In this document: positions 17,818 to 27,376 of the stretch, one piece after another
Layout of the letters: each line of letters opens with the position of its first letter
How positions within the stretch are numbered: the stretch's first letter is position 1
Assembly: GCA_965223415.1 (NCBI GenBank)
Contig: OZ245002.1
Coordinates: 2,400,001 to 2,464,000 of the forward strand
Reading direction: 5' to 3'
From: Myxococcota bacterium
GTDB lineage: Bacteria; Myxococcota_A; UBA9160; UBA6930
DNA: 64,000 nt
The notes under the pieces: model-generated
The model's input: only the letters and a program-made list of their open reading frames with translations
Told to the model about the DNA's origin: nothing
Databases searched by the model: none
Translations under genes and position numbers: made by a program

Positions 17818-19308
17818 CTAGCGCCAACCCCGCGGGTTGCTCTCGACGTCGTCCGCCAGGCGCTGGACGGCGTCGGCGAGGCGCGCCCCTTCCTCCGGGA
17901 AGCGGCGGATCAGGTTGTGGGCCTCCCGGTCTCGGCGCACGTCGCTCAGCATCGGCTTGTCGCGGCCCAGGTCGCCGGTCGAGGCGAGGTATTTGAAGCG
18001 GGCATCCCGCGCCCCGGCGGGCACACCTCCGGTCGTCGGGAAGTAGAAGACGAGGTCGTGGGGGGTGGGCGAGCTGCCCTCGAGGAGGCCGCTCAGGTCG
18101 GCCCCGTCGACCACGCGATCGTCCGGAAGCGGGAGCCCGGCCAGGGCGAGGAGCGTCGGGAAGACGTCGATGTTCATGGCGATGGCGTCGCTCACGCCGC
18201 CGGCCGCGATACGCCCCGGCCAACGGGCGATCATCGGCACCCGCTGTCCGCCTTCGAGCACCTCGCCCTTGCGCCCGCGGAGGAAGCCCGGGCTGCCGTT
18301 GTAGTCCGCCCCGTTGTCACTCGTGATCAGGACGAGCGTCTGCTCGGCGAGGCCGAGCCGGTCGAGGGCGGCCAGGATCCTGCCGGTGCTGCGGTCGAGG
18401 TCCTCCACCACGTCGCCGTAGATGCCGCCTTCGGACGAGCCCGCGTGCTCCGGATCCGCGAAGTGGGGAACGTGGGGGAAGGTGTGGGCGAGGTAGAGGA
18501 AGAAGGGCTCGTCCCGGTGGGCTTCGAGGAAGGTGATCGCCCCCTCGGTGTAGCGGCGGGTGAGCCCCCGCTGGTCGACGCCCTTCATCGGGGCGTCTTC
18601 GTCCTCGTCCCGGAACGCGCCCCAGCCGATCGTCGGCGTCTCGTCGCGCGCCTCGATCTCGCCGTTCCGGTAGAGGTGGAGCGGCTGCATGTCGTTGCTG
18701 TAGCGGACGCCCAGGTACTCCTGGAAGCCGAAGTCGTTCGGCAGGTGGCCGGGCAGGTCGCCCAGGTGCCACTTGCCGATCATGCCGGTCGCGTACCCGG
18801 CGGCGCCCAGCGCCTCCGGGAGCAGGATCTCGTCGGTGGGCAGCTCGTTCCCCAAGCCCGCCATGCGGCGTGCGACGCCCACCGGGCTCCCGTGGGGGAA
18901 GAAGACGTGGTTGTGGGTGCCCGAGCGCACCGGGTAGCGCCCGGTGAGGAGCGCCGCCCGGGAGGGCGTGCAGACCGGCGAAGCGGAGTAGAAGTCCGTC
19001 ATGCGCAGGCCCTCGGCCGCGGCCCCGTCGATGTGAGGCGTGGAGATCAGCTCGCTGCCGTAGCTCGAGAGGTCTCCCCAGCCGAGATCGTCGAAGAAGA
19101 TCACGACGAAGCGGGGCGCGCTCGCTGGGTCCACCGCGCCGATCGAAGCCAGATACGCCGCCTTCTCCGCTGCGTGCTCCGGCTCCGTGGGCTGGTAGAA
19201 GAAGGTCACCTGCGCCCAGCGCAGGCCGAGCACCACGATGGCGAGGCCGAGTCCGAGCAGCAGGATGCTGCCCAGGAACGTCGAGAGCCCCCGGAGTCGT
19301 CTCAGCAA
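17818..19308 (-). CDS. membrane-anchored formylglycine-dependent sulfatase
   Basis: DDLGWGD, CTPSRAALLTGRYP, GKWHLG, SDNG; N-terminal TM helix. Confidence 0.92.
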   Translation of the reverse strand: MLRRLRGLSTFLGSILLLGLGLAIVVLGLRWAQVTFFYQPTEPEHAAEKAAYLASIGAVDPASAPRFVVIFFDDLGWGDLSSYGSELISTPHIDGAAAEGLRMTDFYSASPVCTPSRAALLTGRYPVRSGTHNHVFFPHGSPVGVARRMAGLGNELPTDEILLPEALGAAGYATGMIGKWHLGDLPGHLPNDFGFQEYLGVRYSNDMQPLHLYRNGEIEARDETPTIGWGAFRDEDEDAPMKGVDQRGLTRRYTEGAITFLEAHRDEPFFLYLAHTFPHVPHFADPEHAGSSEGGIYGDVVEDLDRSTGRILAALDRLGLAEQTLVLITSDNGADYNGSPGFLRGRKGEVLEGGQRVPMIARWPGRIAAGGVSDAIAMNIDVFPTLLALAGLPLPDDRVVDGADLSGLLEGSSPTPHDLVFYFPTTGGVPAGARDARFKYLASTGDLGRDKPMLSDVRRDREAHNLIRRFPEEGARLADAVQRLADDVESNPRGWR

Positions 19309-19339
19309 CGCAACAAAGGGAACCGGTCCCTAACGCAAC
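19309..19339 (-). repeat. third copy of the short dispersed motif (see 6485-6570)
   Basis: Minus strand GTTGCG-tt-AGGGACCGGTTCC-cttt-GTTGCG. Confidence 0.7.
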
Positions 19340-19340
19340 A

Positions 19341-20417
19341 CTACTTGAAGTCGATGACGGAGCGGATGACTTCGCCTTCCTGCATGGCGCGGAAGGCGTC
19401 GTTGACCTCGTCGAGCTTGATGCGGCGGCTGACCATGTTCTCGAGGTCGAGCTTGCCGGCCTTCCAGAGGCGCAGGAGCTTCGGCATGAAGGTGCGCACG
19501 TTGGCGCTGCCGTACATGGAGCCGCGCAGGGTCTTGTCGGCGTAGAAGAGCTCGAAGGCGGTGAACTCGATCTTCTGCTCCATGCGCCCGACGCCCACGA
19601 TCACCGCGGTGCCGCCCCGGCGGGCGGCGTCGTAGGTGGCGCGGATCGTGGCCGGGTTGCCGATGCACTCGAGCGCGTAGTCGAAGCCTTCGCCGCCGGT
19701 GATCTCGGTCTTCAGGCCCTCGAAGTCGTCGGGCTTGCATACGTGGGTGGCGCCGAACTGCTTGGCCATGTTGAGCTTCGAGTCGACCAGGTCGACGGCC
19801 AGGATCTCCGCCGCGCCGGCGATGCGCGCGCCCTGGATCGCCGAGATGCCGACGCCCCCGGCGCCGAACACGACGACGGAGCTGCCCGGCGTCACCTGGG
19901 CGGTATTGATCGCCGCGCCCACGCCGGTGGTCACGCCGCAGCCGATCAGGGACACCAGGTCGAGGGGGATGTCTGCGTCCACCTTCACGACGGCGCTCTC
20001 GGGGACGATCATCTCCTCGGCGAAGGTGCCGCAGCCGGTCATGCCCGAGACCGGGTTGCCGTCGATGCGGAAGTGCGGCGTCACCGCCATCACCATCATC
20101 GCGTCGCACAGGTAGGCCTGGCCGCGAAGGCAGTTCTTGCAGGCCCGGCAAGCCGGAGTGAAGGAGACGATCACCGGATCGCCGGCCTTCACCTCGGTGA
20201 CGCCCGCGCCCACTTCCTGGATCACGCCGGCACCCTCGTGGCCGAGCACGCAGGGCGTGCCGACGGGGATCGTGCCGTTCTGCGCCGACACGTCCGAGTG
20301 GCACACGCCGCTCGAGACGATCTTCACGTGCACCTCGCCGGGGCCGAGATCGGCGAGCCCAACGTCGTCGCGGATCTCGAGGGGCTGGTTGAGTTCGGTG
20401 AGGACGGCCGCCTTCAT
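19341..20417 (-). CDS. Zn-dependent alcohol dehydrogenase
   Basis: GVCHSD, GHEGAG, CRACKNC...C, GAGGVG. Confidence 0.93.
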   Translation of the reverse strand: MKAAVLTELNQPLEIRDDVGLADLGPGEVHVKIVSSGVCHSDVSAQNGTIPVGTPCVLGHEGAGVIQEVGAGVTEVKAGDPVIVSFTPACRACKNCLRGQAYLCDAMMVMAVTPHFRIDGNPVSGMTGCGTFAEEMIVPESAVVKVDADIPLDLVSLIGCGVTTGVGAAINTAQVTPGSSVVVFGAGGVGISAIQGARIAGAAEILAVDLVDSKLNMAKQFGATHVCKPDDFEGLKTEITGGEGFDYALECIGNPATIRATYDAARRGGTAVIVGVGRMEQKIEFTAFELFYADKTLRGSMYGSANVRTFMPKLLRLWKAGKLDLENMVSRRIKLDEVNDAFRAMQEGEVIRSVIDFK

Positions 20418-20504
20418 GGTTTCCTCCGGCTTTTAGGAAGAGGGGAGAAGAGAACGCCGGATGCTATCGCCGGGTCCAGAGCGCGTCCAGCCGGATCGGT
20501 GCGG

Positions 20505-21512
20505 CTACGCCAGCGCGGGAGCGAGCTTGCGGTCGAGGTGCCCCGCCTCGATCAGCCAGCGCAGGGAGTCTTCGAGGGTCTCGCGGGTGGGGCGCCATTG
20601 GACTCCCAGCTCCGCCAGCTCCGCCGAGCTTTCGATCGGCCGGAAGCGCGTGACGAAGGTCATCGCCTCTCGGGTCATGGGGAAGTCGAAGTCGACGACG
20701 TGCCGGGCGAGGTCGCCCAGTACGCCCAGGCCCCGGAACATCCAGCCGGGGCCCGGAATCCGGCGCACGGGCCGGCCTGTGAGCCCGGTGAGGAGATCGC
20801 CCAGGGCCGGCCAGGTCAGGAAGTGGCCGGCCGCGATCATGCGTCCGCCGCGACCCGTCTCCAGCACGCGAACGAGCCCCTGGGCGAGATCGCGGGCGTC
20901 GACGCAGAGGTAGCCCCCCGAGGTGGAGAGGATGGTGTCGCGCACGAAGGTCACGAGACCGTGGGAGGTCTCCGAGAGACCCGGATCGTCCGGGCCGTGG
21001 ATCGCGCTCGGGTAGATCGTCGCTACCGGCGCACCGCGTTCCTGGAGCGCGCGGACGGCGTGCTCGCACCGGGCCTTCGAACGGCTGTAGGCGTTGCCCG
21101 CATCGACCACGGGCCCGTCCGCGCGGGTCTCGTCGCCCCAGGGGTCGAAGATCGCGCCGAGACTCGAGACGTACACGACGTGGGAGAGGCCGCGCTCCAC
21201 CGCGCCCCCGACGACGAGCTCGGTGCCGCGGGTGTTCGTGGTCATCACCTCGTCGGCGCGCTTCGATTCGATGCTCACGAGGCCGGCGGCGTGCAGCACA
21301 CCGTCGCAGCCCTCGAAGGCCTTGGCCACGGCCTCGCCGTCGGTCATGTCGCCGACCACGAAGTCCGGCACGGGCACCGGCGCGCGCTCGAAGGCGCGCT
21401 TCAGCTTCTCCTCGCTGCGCACCAGACAGCGCGGCGAGTGGCCGGCCCGCGCCAGGGCCACCGTCGCATGGAAGCCCGTCAGACCCGTCGCACCCGTGAC
21501 CAGCACCCGCAT
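20505..21512 (-). CDS. NAD-dependent epimerase/dehydratase (dihydroflavonol reductase-like)
   Basis: MRVLVTGATGLTG, HAAG, YSRSK. Confidence 0.88.
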   Translation of the reverse strand: MRVLVTGATGLTGFHATVALARAGHSPRCLVRSEEKLKRAFERAPVPVPDFVVGDMTDGEAVAKAFEGCDGVLHAAGLVSIESKRADEVMTTNTRGTELVVGGAVERGLSHVVYVSSLGAIFDPWGDETRADGPVVDAGNAYSRSKARCEHAVRALQERGAPVATIYPSAIHGPDDPGLSETSHGLVTFVRDTILSTSGGYLCVDARDLAQGLVRVLETGRGGRMIAAGHFLTWPALGDLLTGLTGRPVRRIPGPGWMFRGLGVLGDLARHVVDFDFPMTREAMTFVTRFRPIESSAELAELGVQWRPTRETLEDSLRWLIEAGHLDRKLAPALA

Positions 21513-22387
21513 CAATCGAGCTCGAAGGGGCCCTTGCCCATCTGCTCGCGAATCGGGACGAACGCGGGCTGGCGCATCGCGCGCCGCTGCCAGTTGACGC
21601 CGTCCACCACGAGGGTCTCGCCGCTGATGAAGGAGGCGTAGGGTGAAGCGAGGAAGGTGGCGGCCCAGCCGAGCTCCCGCGTGCGGCCGGTGCGCATGGC
21701 CGGGCAGCTCGCCTCTTCGTCCGGAGCGCCGCGGCCCGGCACGTTCTGGATGTCCTCGGTCTCGTCGGCGTGGGGGAAGAGGCCGGGCACCAGGCCGTTC
21801 ACCCGCAGGCCGTAGGGCGCCCACTCGACGGCGAGGGTCTCGGTCATGTTCTTCACGCCCGCCTTCGCCGCCGACGAGTGGGCGAAGCCGGGGCCGCCGG
21901 TCCACGCGTAGGAGGCACCGATGTTGATCACGTTTCCCGGCGTGTCCGCGGCGATGTGACGGCGTCCGAACTCCCGGGACATGTAGAAGGTGCCGTTCAG
22001 CACGATGTCCACCACGGTTCGCCAGCCGTTCGGCGAGAGGTCCTCCGCCGGCACCGGGAAGTTCCCCGCCGCGTTGTTCACCAGCACGTCCGGCAGGCCC
22101 AGCTCCTTCTCCACGGTCTCGAAGGCCTCGGCGACGAGCTCGGGCTGTCGGATGTCGCAGCCCACGCCGACGGCCCGGGCGCCGAGCTCCTGGGCCGCTG
22201 CAACCCCTGCCTTGCGGTGCTCCTCCTGGCGCGAGACGATCGCCAGCCCGGCGCCGAGCCGCGCGAACTCGAGGGCGATTGCGCGCCCGAGGCCCGTGCC
22301 GCCCCCGGTCACCAGGACCGTGCGGCCCTCGAAGGTGCCCGGCGGAAGCGCCGAGGCACCGAGGGGAGGCGGTTCGGGCAGGCCCAT
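21512..22387 (-). CDS. SDR oxidoreductase, 2,4-dienoyl-CoA reductase-like
   Basis: TGGGTGLG, NNAAGNF, LSPNGWRTVVDIVLNGTF, HSSAAKAG. Confidence 0.88.
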   Translation of the reverse strand: MGLPEPPPLGASALPPGTFEGRTVLVTGGGTGLGRAIALEFARLGAGLAIVSRQEEHRKAGVAAAQELGARAVGVGCDIRQPELVAEAFETVEKELGLPDVLVNNAAGNFPVPAEDLSPNGWRTVVDIVLNGTFYMSREFGRRHIAADTPGNVINIGASYAWTGGPGFAHSSAAKAGVKNMTETLAVEWAPYGLRVNGLVPGLFPHADETEDIQNVPGRGAPDEEASCPAMRTGRTRELGWAATFLASPYASFISGETLVVDGVNWQRRAMRQPAFVPIREQMGKGPFELD

Positions 22388-22462
22388 GGACTCTCCTGTG
22401 AACGGGCCGGCCAGGGTAGCGCGGGAGCGGATCCCCCGTGCCCGCGATAGGTTCCACGATCG

Positions 22463-23278
22463 ATGAGCGAGCGCCGACTCCTTCCGACCTGCACGCCCGA
22501 AGTGCTGTGCCACGTGGAGGATCGGGTCGCGGTGGTCACCCTCAACCGCCCCGAGGCGCGCAACGCGATCACCCTGGACATGAAGCGCGCACTCGTCGAG
22601 CTGATCCAGGTGCTGGGCGAGGCCCCCGACGTGGGCTGCCTGCTCCTGACCGGGGCCGGCGGTGCGTTCTGCGCCGGCGGGGACACGAAGCGGATGGCCG
22701 CGGATGGCAAGCCCGCCTCGCCGGAGGAGCGCAAGCGCCAGCTGCGCTGGGAGCATCAGATCCCCGCTGGCCTCTTCCGCCTCGAGAAGCCGACCGTCGC
22801 GGCGCTGCCCGGCCCGGCGGCCGGCGCGGGCTTCGCCCTGGCCCTGGCCTGCGACCTGCGGGTGATGGCCGCGAGCGCCTTCGTCACCACCGCCTACGTG
22901 AAGCTCGGCCTCTCCGGCGACTACGGGATGAGCTGGTTCCTGACGCGCCTGGTCGGGACGGCCAAGGCCAAGGAGATCCAGTTCACCGGCATGCGGCTCC
23001 CGGCGGAGGAGTGCGAGCGGCTGGGTCTCGCCAACCGCGTCGCGCCGGACGGTCAGTTGATGGACGCGGCGATCGGGCTCGCCCGCGAGATCGCGGGGGG
23101 TCCGCCGATCGCGCTCCGGCTGATGAAGGACAACCTCAACCGGGCGACCCAGGAGACCCTCGAGTCGATCCTGGCGGTCGAGGCGGAGCGCATGGTGCAG
23201 GGCGCCACGACCGACGACTACGTCGAAGCCGTGAACGCCCTGCGGGAGAAGCGCGCGCCCGTCTTCAAGGGGCGTTAG
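22463..23278 (+). CDS. enoyl-CoA hydratase/isomerase (PaaG-like)
   Basis: LNRPEARNA, FCAGGD, AAGAGFALALACDLR, LSGDYG. Confidence 0.9.
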   Translation: MSERRLLPTCTPEVLCHVEDRVAVVTLNRPEARNAITLDMKRALVELIQVLGEAPDVGCLLLTGAGGAFCAGGDTKRMAADGKPASPEERKRQLRWEHQIPAGLFRLEKPTVAALPGPAAGAGFALALACDLRVMAASAFVTTAYVKLGLSGDYGMSWFLTRLVGTAKAKEIQFTGMRLPAEECERLGLANRVAPDGQLMDAAIGLAREIAGGPPIALRLMKDNLNRATQETLESILAVEAERMVQGATTDDYVEAVNALREKRAPVFKGR

Positions 23279-23283
23279 GCGCT

Positions 23284-24168
23284 TCAGTTCGCGCCGGGCA
23301 GCTGGAACAGCACGCCCGACTCGCCGCCCATCAGGGTGCGCGGATAGGCGCCGTCCCAGCGCTCCACCTCGTTGTAGCGGAGCAGCTCCGGGGTGACGGA
23401 GCCCGCGATGCGGGAGTTGCCTTCGGCGCGGGCCTCGGCCTCCGCGCGGATGCGGTAGGCCTCCGCGTCGGCCTCCGTGCGCTTGGCGTTCGCCTCGGCG
23501 ATCGCCGCCTGCTCGCGGGCCTGGGCTTTCTTCACCAGCTGCTGGGCCTGCTGTTCGACGATGCGCAGCTGCGCCTTCTCGCGCTCCAGCTGCTCCTGGC
23601 GCTCCTTGGTCTGGATCACCGCGTCGCGCACGACCGGGGGCAGGGTGATGTCCCGGAACAGCACGGCCTCCACTTTCACGCCCTTGGGCGCGAGGTAGTC
23701 GATGAGCCCCGCCTCCATGTAGCGCTGCAGCTCCTGCTGCACGCTCTCCTGGAAGAAGTCCTGGGACTTCTCGACGCTCTTGCCGGCCTCGCGCAGGAGC
23801 GAACGCACCTTCGGGGTGACGTGCTTGTCCACCACGTCCTCGAGCCGGCCGGTGCTCTGGAGGATGGTCGGCGTCTGGTCGCCGAGGATGCGGAAGGTGA
23901 CGGACACGTCCATGGTCGTCTTGAGCTTGTCCTGGGAGGGGACCTCCACCTGCTTCCAGGTGTGGGTCTGCTCGCGCAGGTCGAAGGGAGTGAAGGCGAG
24001 CAGGGGGTTCACGACGTGCAGGCCCTCGGGGTAGGGCTCTGCCCGCACCTCGCCGAACAGGGTGGCGACGTGGTTGTGGCCCGGCTCGACCGTGGTGACA
24101 CAGCAGCTGAGCACGCCCAGCGCGAACAGGGTGGCCGCGAGGAAGGTGGCGAGCTTGATCTTCATCAT
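23284..24168 (-). CDS. SPFH/prohibitin family protein
   Basis: TVEPGHNHV...GLHVVNPL, VLFRDITLP, AEAEARAEGN coiled coil, RWDG. Confidence 0.88.
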   Translation of the reverse strand: MMKIKLATFLAATLFALGVLSCCVTTVEPGHNHVATLFGEVRAEPYPEGLHVVNPLLAFTPFDLREQTHTWKQVEVPSQDKLKTTMDVSVTFRILGDQTPTILQSTGRLEDVVDKHVTPKVRSLLREAGKSVEKSQDFFQESVQQELQRYMEAGLIDYLAPKGVKVEAVLFRDITLPPVVRDAVIQTKERQEQLEREKAQLRIVEQQAQQLVKKAQAREQAAIAEANAKRTEADAEAYRIRAEAEARAEGNSRIAGSVTPELLRYNEVERWDGAYPRTLMGGESGVLFQLPGAN

Positions 24169-24274
24169 GGGACTTCTCCTTTTCGTGATTGCGTGTCTCG
24201 CGCCGGGCCCGAGGGGGTGGGCGCCGCGAGACAGACATTCGCGAGGAGACGTCCGCGCGGGCGCACGGGAGGAG

Positions 24275-24291
24275 AGCAAGAGGCATGCCGA
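24275..24291 (-). promoter_or_regulatory. putative sigma54 (-24/-12) promoter for the SPFH gene
   Basis: Minus strand tcGGCATGCCTCTTGCT = GG-N10-GC with TTGC, about 105 nt upstream of the ATG. Confidence 0.55.
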
Positions 24292-24392
24292 ACCGGATTT
24301 CAGGAACTTGCGACGGCTTCTTCGCGCAGGTTCCGCAGCCCGCGGCGGCACTGCCGCCCCGGGCGGCCACCCCTGGGGTAGACTGCGCGCCC

Positions 24393-24902
24393 ATGAGCGA
24401 ACTCGAACGGCGGGTCGCCGATCTCGAGCGGCGCGTCGACGCCGCCGAGTCGGTGCTGGCGATCCAGAACCTGAAAGCGCGTTACGCCCAGCTCGTGGAT
24501 CAGCGCTACACGCGGGGCAGCGTCGTGGACGAAGCGCGGCTCGCCGAGATCGCCGAGCAGATCGCAGGCCTCTTCGCCGAGGACGGCGTCTGGGACGCGG
24601 GCAAGGCCCTCGGCATCGCGCGCGGTCGCGCCGAGATCGCCGAGCGCATGCGCAAGCCGACCCTCGCGTTCTCCTGGCACTACTTCGTGAAGCCCGAGAT
24701 CCACGTCGACGGCGACCGCGCGCGAGCGCGCTGGGACATCCTCTCCCCCTGCACCACCCCGGATGGACAACCCCAGTGGATGAGCGGGTTCGAGGACGAC
24801 GAGTACGTCCGCATGGGCGGCCTCTGGCTCCACCAGCACATGAAGCTGGGCGTCGTCTTCATGGCGCCCCACGCCACCGGCTGGCAGAAGATCTTCACCT
24901 GA
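24393..24902 (+). CDS. SnoaL-like / NTF2-family protein (BaiE/LinA-like fold)
   Basis: IQNLKARYAQLVD, LFAEDGVW, SWHYF, DDEYVR. Confidence 0.85.
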   Translation: MSELERRVADLERRVDAAESVLAIQNLKARYAQLVDQRYTRGSVVDEARLAEIAEQIAGLFAEDGVWDAGKALGIARGRAEIAERMRKPTLAFSWHYFVKPEIHVDGDRARARWDILSPCTTPDGQPQWMSGFEDDEYVRMGGLWLHQHMKLGVVFMAPHATGWQKIFT

Positions 24903-24923
24903 ACCCGGCAGGGGTTGGCGCGT

Positions 24924-25477
24924 TCAGGTGGCGAGCTGACGTTCGCGCTCCTTGCGTTCGAGCTCTTCGAGGCGCTTCTCGAGGGCTTCGAGGCGTTCGC
25001 GGAGGAGCTCGGCGCCGTCGCGCATGCCGCGCTTCCAGCGGCGGCCCAGCTCGCGCCAGGGATCGGGACCGGCCCAGGGGACCGAGAGGCCTTCGGGGCG
25101 CACGCTGAGGCTCTGGGCCTCGCCCATGCGGTGGAGCTGGAGCGTGAGTGGTTCGTCCTCCGGTGCGGCGGCGACGGTGCGGACGAGGTCGAAGGTCTCC
25201 TCGATCGGCTCGCCGCCGGCGTCCGTGATGACGTCGCCCACCTTCACGCCGGCCGCCGCGGCGGGGGAATCCTCCAGCACGCGCACCACGAGCACGCCGC
25301 GCTCGGTCGGCGCCTCCATGAACTCGCGGAGCTCCGGGTCATGGACTGCACCTGCACGCCGATGCGGCTCGGCCCGAGCCATGTGTCGTGGCCGAGGCGC
25401 ATCGGCCGGTCGGCCCAGGCCGCTCCGGCGGCGAGGAGCACCGGGATCACGGCGGAGATGGAGACGAGGAATCGCAT
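24924..25477 (-). pseudogene. secreted PDZ-domain protein split by a 1-nt frameshift near 25336
   Basis: Frame A MRFLVS...RIGVQVQSMT, frame B PELREFMEAPTERGVLVVRVLEDSPAAAAGVKVGDVI; one C missing in a C run. Confidence 0.7.
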
Positions 25478-25566
25478 GGGAAGTCCCTCCTGGGCGCAAT
25501 GACACCGTAGAGCGACGGCCCGTTCCCGTCTCCTGCAGCTCGGAAGCTGCACCGTCCGGCGCTCCC

Positions 25567-26586
25567 TCAGTGGTGGCGGGCGTAGTGCTCCGCCAGCAGA
25601 TCGGCCCCGAAGTCACCCGGAAAGGACCGCAGCACCGCATGGATGTGATCCCCGTCCTCGGTGTTGTCGAACTCCAGGCGGAAGGTCGGCCCCTCGATCC
25701 GGTAGTAGAAGGAGAAGGCGGGCTCCCGGGCTTCCGCCCAGGCGAAGCGCATCTCCGCGCGCCCCGCCGCATCGAGGCTCGCACGCCAGGCGTCGGCGAT
25801 CTCGGCCCGGAAGTTGGCGAGGTAGAGCTCGACCACGCCGTCGAGCAGCGCCTGCTGGGCCGCCGCGAGGTCCGCACGGCGCACGCCAACGGGCTCGCCC
25901 GGTGCCGCGTGCCGCACCTGGGAGAGCATGTGGCCCCGATCCGGCCGGTAGGGCAGCGCGGCCGCCGCTCGCTGCGTGTCGTCCAGGCTGGCGGCCAGCT
26001 CCCGCGCCCGCGCCTCCTCCTCTCGCAACAGCTGGAGGCCGCCGTTCTGCCAGCCCTCGGGCACGACGCGCGGCTGGGCGCCGAGGAAGAGCGGCGTCAC
26101 GGCGGGAAGCTCGCCCTTCGCCGGCACGGTGACGTTGAGCGAGAGATGGTGGCCCTCGAGCCGATATCCCCACGCACCTTCGCCCGGGACGCCGAACAGA
26201 GCCACGTAGTAGCGGCCGGGGTCGCGGAAGCCGCCGGTGATCCACTCGACGAAGGCGTTGCCGTCGGCGCGGTGCACCGCCGTCTCGAGCTGGCGGACGT
26301 CCGCGACGCGCTGCACACCCGTCCGGCTCAAGGTGACGGCGAGCAGCTCGTCCACGAGCCCGCGGGTGCGGTCGTCCAGGGCATCCAGCCGCACGCCGTC
26401 GATGAGGAACGGTGCGAAGTGGATATCCCTGCGCTCGTCGTCGTCGAAGTCCCACGCCGCAGCCGACGGCAGGGCCTGCGCCAGCGCGCCGCCCCGCTCG
26501 TTCAGCTCCGGAACCGGCCCGTCGCCGGCGACGGCCGGGCTGCCGGCGAGGGCTCCGGCCAGCGCTGCCACGAGGAGTCGCCCCAT
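25567..26586 (-). CDS. DUF3500 domain protein
   Basis: Signal peptide; YYVALFG.P, WGYRLEGHHLSLN, TPLFLGAQP, YYRIEGP, HIHAVLR...DFG. Confidence 0.85.
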   Translation of the reverse strand: MGRLLVAALAGALAGSPAVAGDGPVPELNERGGALAQALPSAAAWDFDDDERRDIHFAPFLIDGVRLDALDDRTRGLVDELLAVTLSRTGVQRVADVRQLETAVHRADGNAFVEWITGGFRDPGRYYVALFGVPGEGAWGYRLEGHHLSLNVTVPAKGELPAVTPLFLGAQPRVVPEGWQNGGLQLLREEEARARELAASLDDTQRAAAALPYRPDRGHMLSQVRHAAPGEPVGVRRADLAAAQQALLDGVVELYLANFRAEIADAWRASLDAAGRAEMRFAWAEAREPAFSFYYRIEGPTFRLEFDNTEDGDHIHAVLRSFPGDFGADLLAEHYARHH

Positions 26587-26603
26587 GCCGGCAGGATACA
26601 CCG

Positions 26604-26726
26604 GGGTCAGTCGCCGAGGAGGTTCAGTACGCTCCCGGCTCCCTGGGTCAGTCGCCGAGGACGTTCAGCACGCTCCTGGCTCCCCGGGTCAGTTGCCGAG
26701 GACGTTCAGTACGCTCCCGGCTCCCT
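26604..26726. repeat. 3 x 41-bp tandem repeat duplicating the 3' end of the adjacent gene
   Basis: Units at 26604, 26645 and 26686, consensus GGGTCAGTCGCCGAGGACGTTCAGTACGCTCCCGGCTCCCT, each 1-3 substitutions from consensus. Confidence 0.9.
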
Positions 26727-27339
26727 GGTTGTTCTCGAAGAAGTCGAAGTCGATGCTGATGGCGGCCGCGAAGATCACCGCGCGCTCGGCCGCGCTCCAA
26801 CTGGCCTGGCCGTAGTCGACGAGGAAGCTGTCCGCGTCGGCGAAGGTCTCCCGAAGCACGCCCCCCCAGCGCTTGGTGATCACCGCGTCCCCGGTGCCGC
26901 GGGCGCTCTCGATCGGGAAGGTCCATAGCCGCCAGAGGGGGCTCTTCACCCGGGCGAAGGTGGCGCCGGTGGCGTCGCGCAGGTCGTAGCGCTTGTAGAG
27001 GATCCCGAAGCGCCGGCGCACGCTGCCGAGCGCCTGCCCCTCGGGTCCCACCACCGCCAGGTCGGAGAACAGGAAGAAGAAGGAGCGCGAGAGATCGAGG
27101 AGCGGCCGGCCCTCCGGGTCCACCACGCCGATCTCGAAGCCCCGGTGGGAGCGCAGGAAGGAGCGCCGGAGGAAGCTCCCGAAGCCGCCGGATCGCTCGG
27201 CGATGGCACCGACGGTCTCCTGCTCGGCACTCATCACCTCGTATCGGTTGCGCGTCTCCCAGTCGATCGCGATCTCCGTCCACTCCTTGCGCTGGCGGAC
27301 GAAGAGCTGGCGATGGCCTTCGAAGAAGTGGGAGAGCAT
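26689..27339 (-). CDS. phospholipid scramblase / LURP-one-like protein
   Basis: VRQRKEWTEI..ETRNRYEV, ITKRWGG...FADADSF, AAISIDFDFFE. Confidence 0.75.
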   Translation of the reverse strand: MLSHFFEGHRQLFVRQRKEWTEIAIDWETRNRYEVMSAEQETVGAIAERSGGFGSFLRRSFLRSHRGFEIGVVDPEGRPLLDLSRSFFFLFSDLAVVGPEGQALGSVRRRFGILYKRYDLRDATGATFARVKSPLWRLWTFPIESARGTGDAVITKRWGGVLRETFADADSFLVDYGQASWSAAERAVIFAAAISIDFDFFENNQGAGSVLNVLGN

Positions 27340-27376
27340 CGGGTCGACCTCCGGATCGCTTGTGAGCCGCCGCGTG

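Noticed and set aside
26510..26521. Fourth copy of the micro-element core (GGAACCGGCCC)
   Set aside because: Inside coding sequence, partial match, and lacks the 6-bp direct flanks.
26604..26726. CRISPR array or DGR template/variable repeat
   Set aside because: Units are contiguous with no spacers, no cas or reverse transcriptase gene is present, and substitutions are not adenine-specific.
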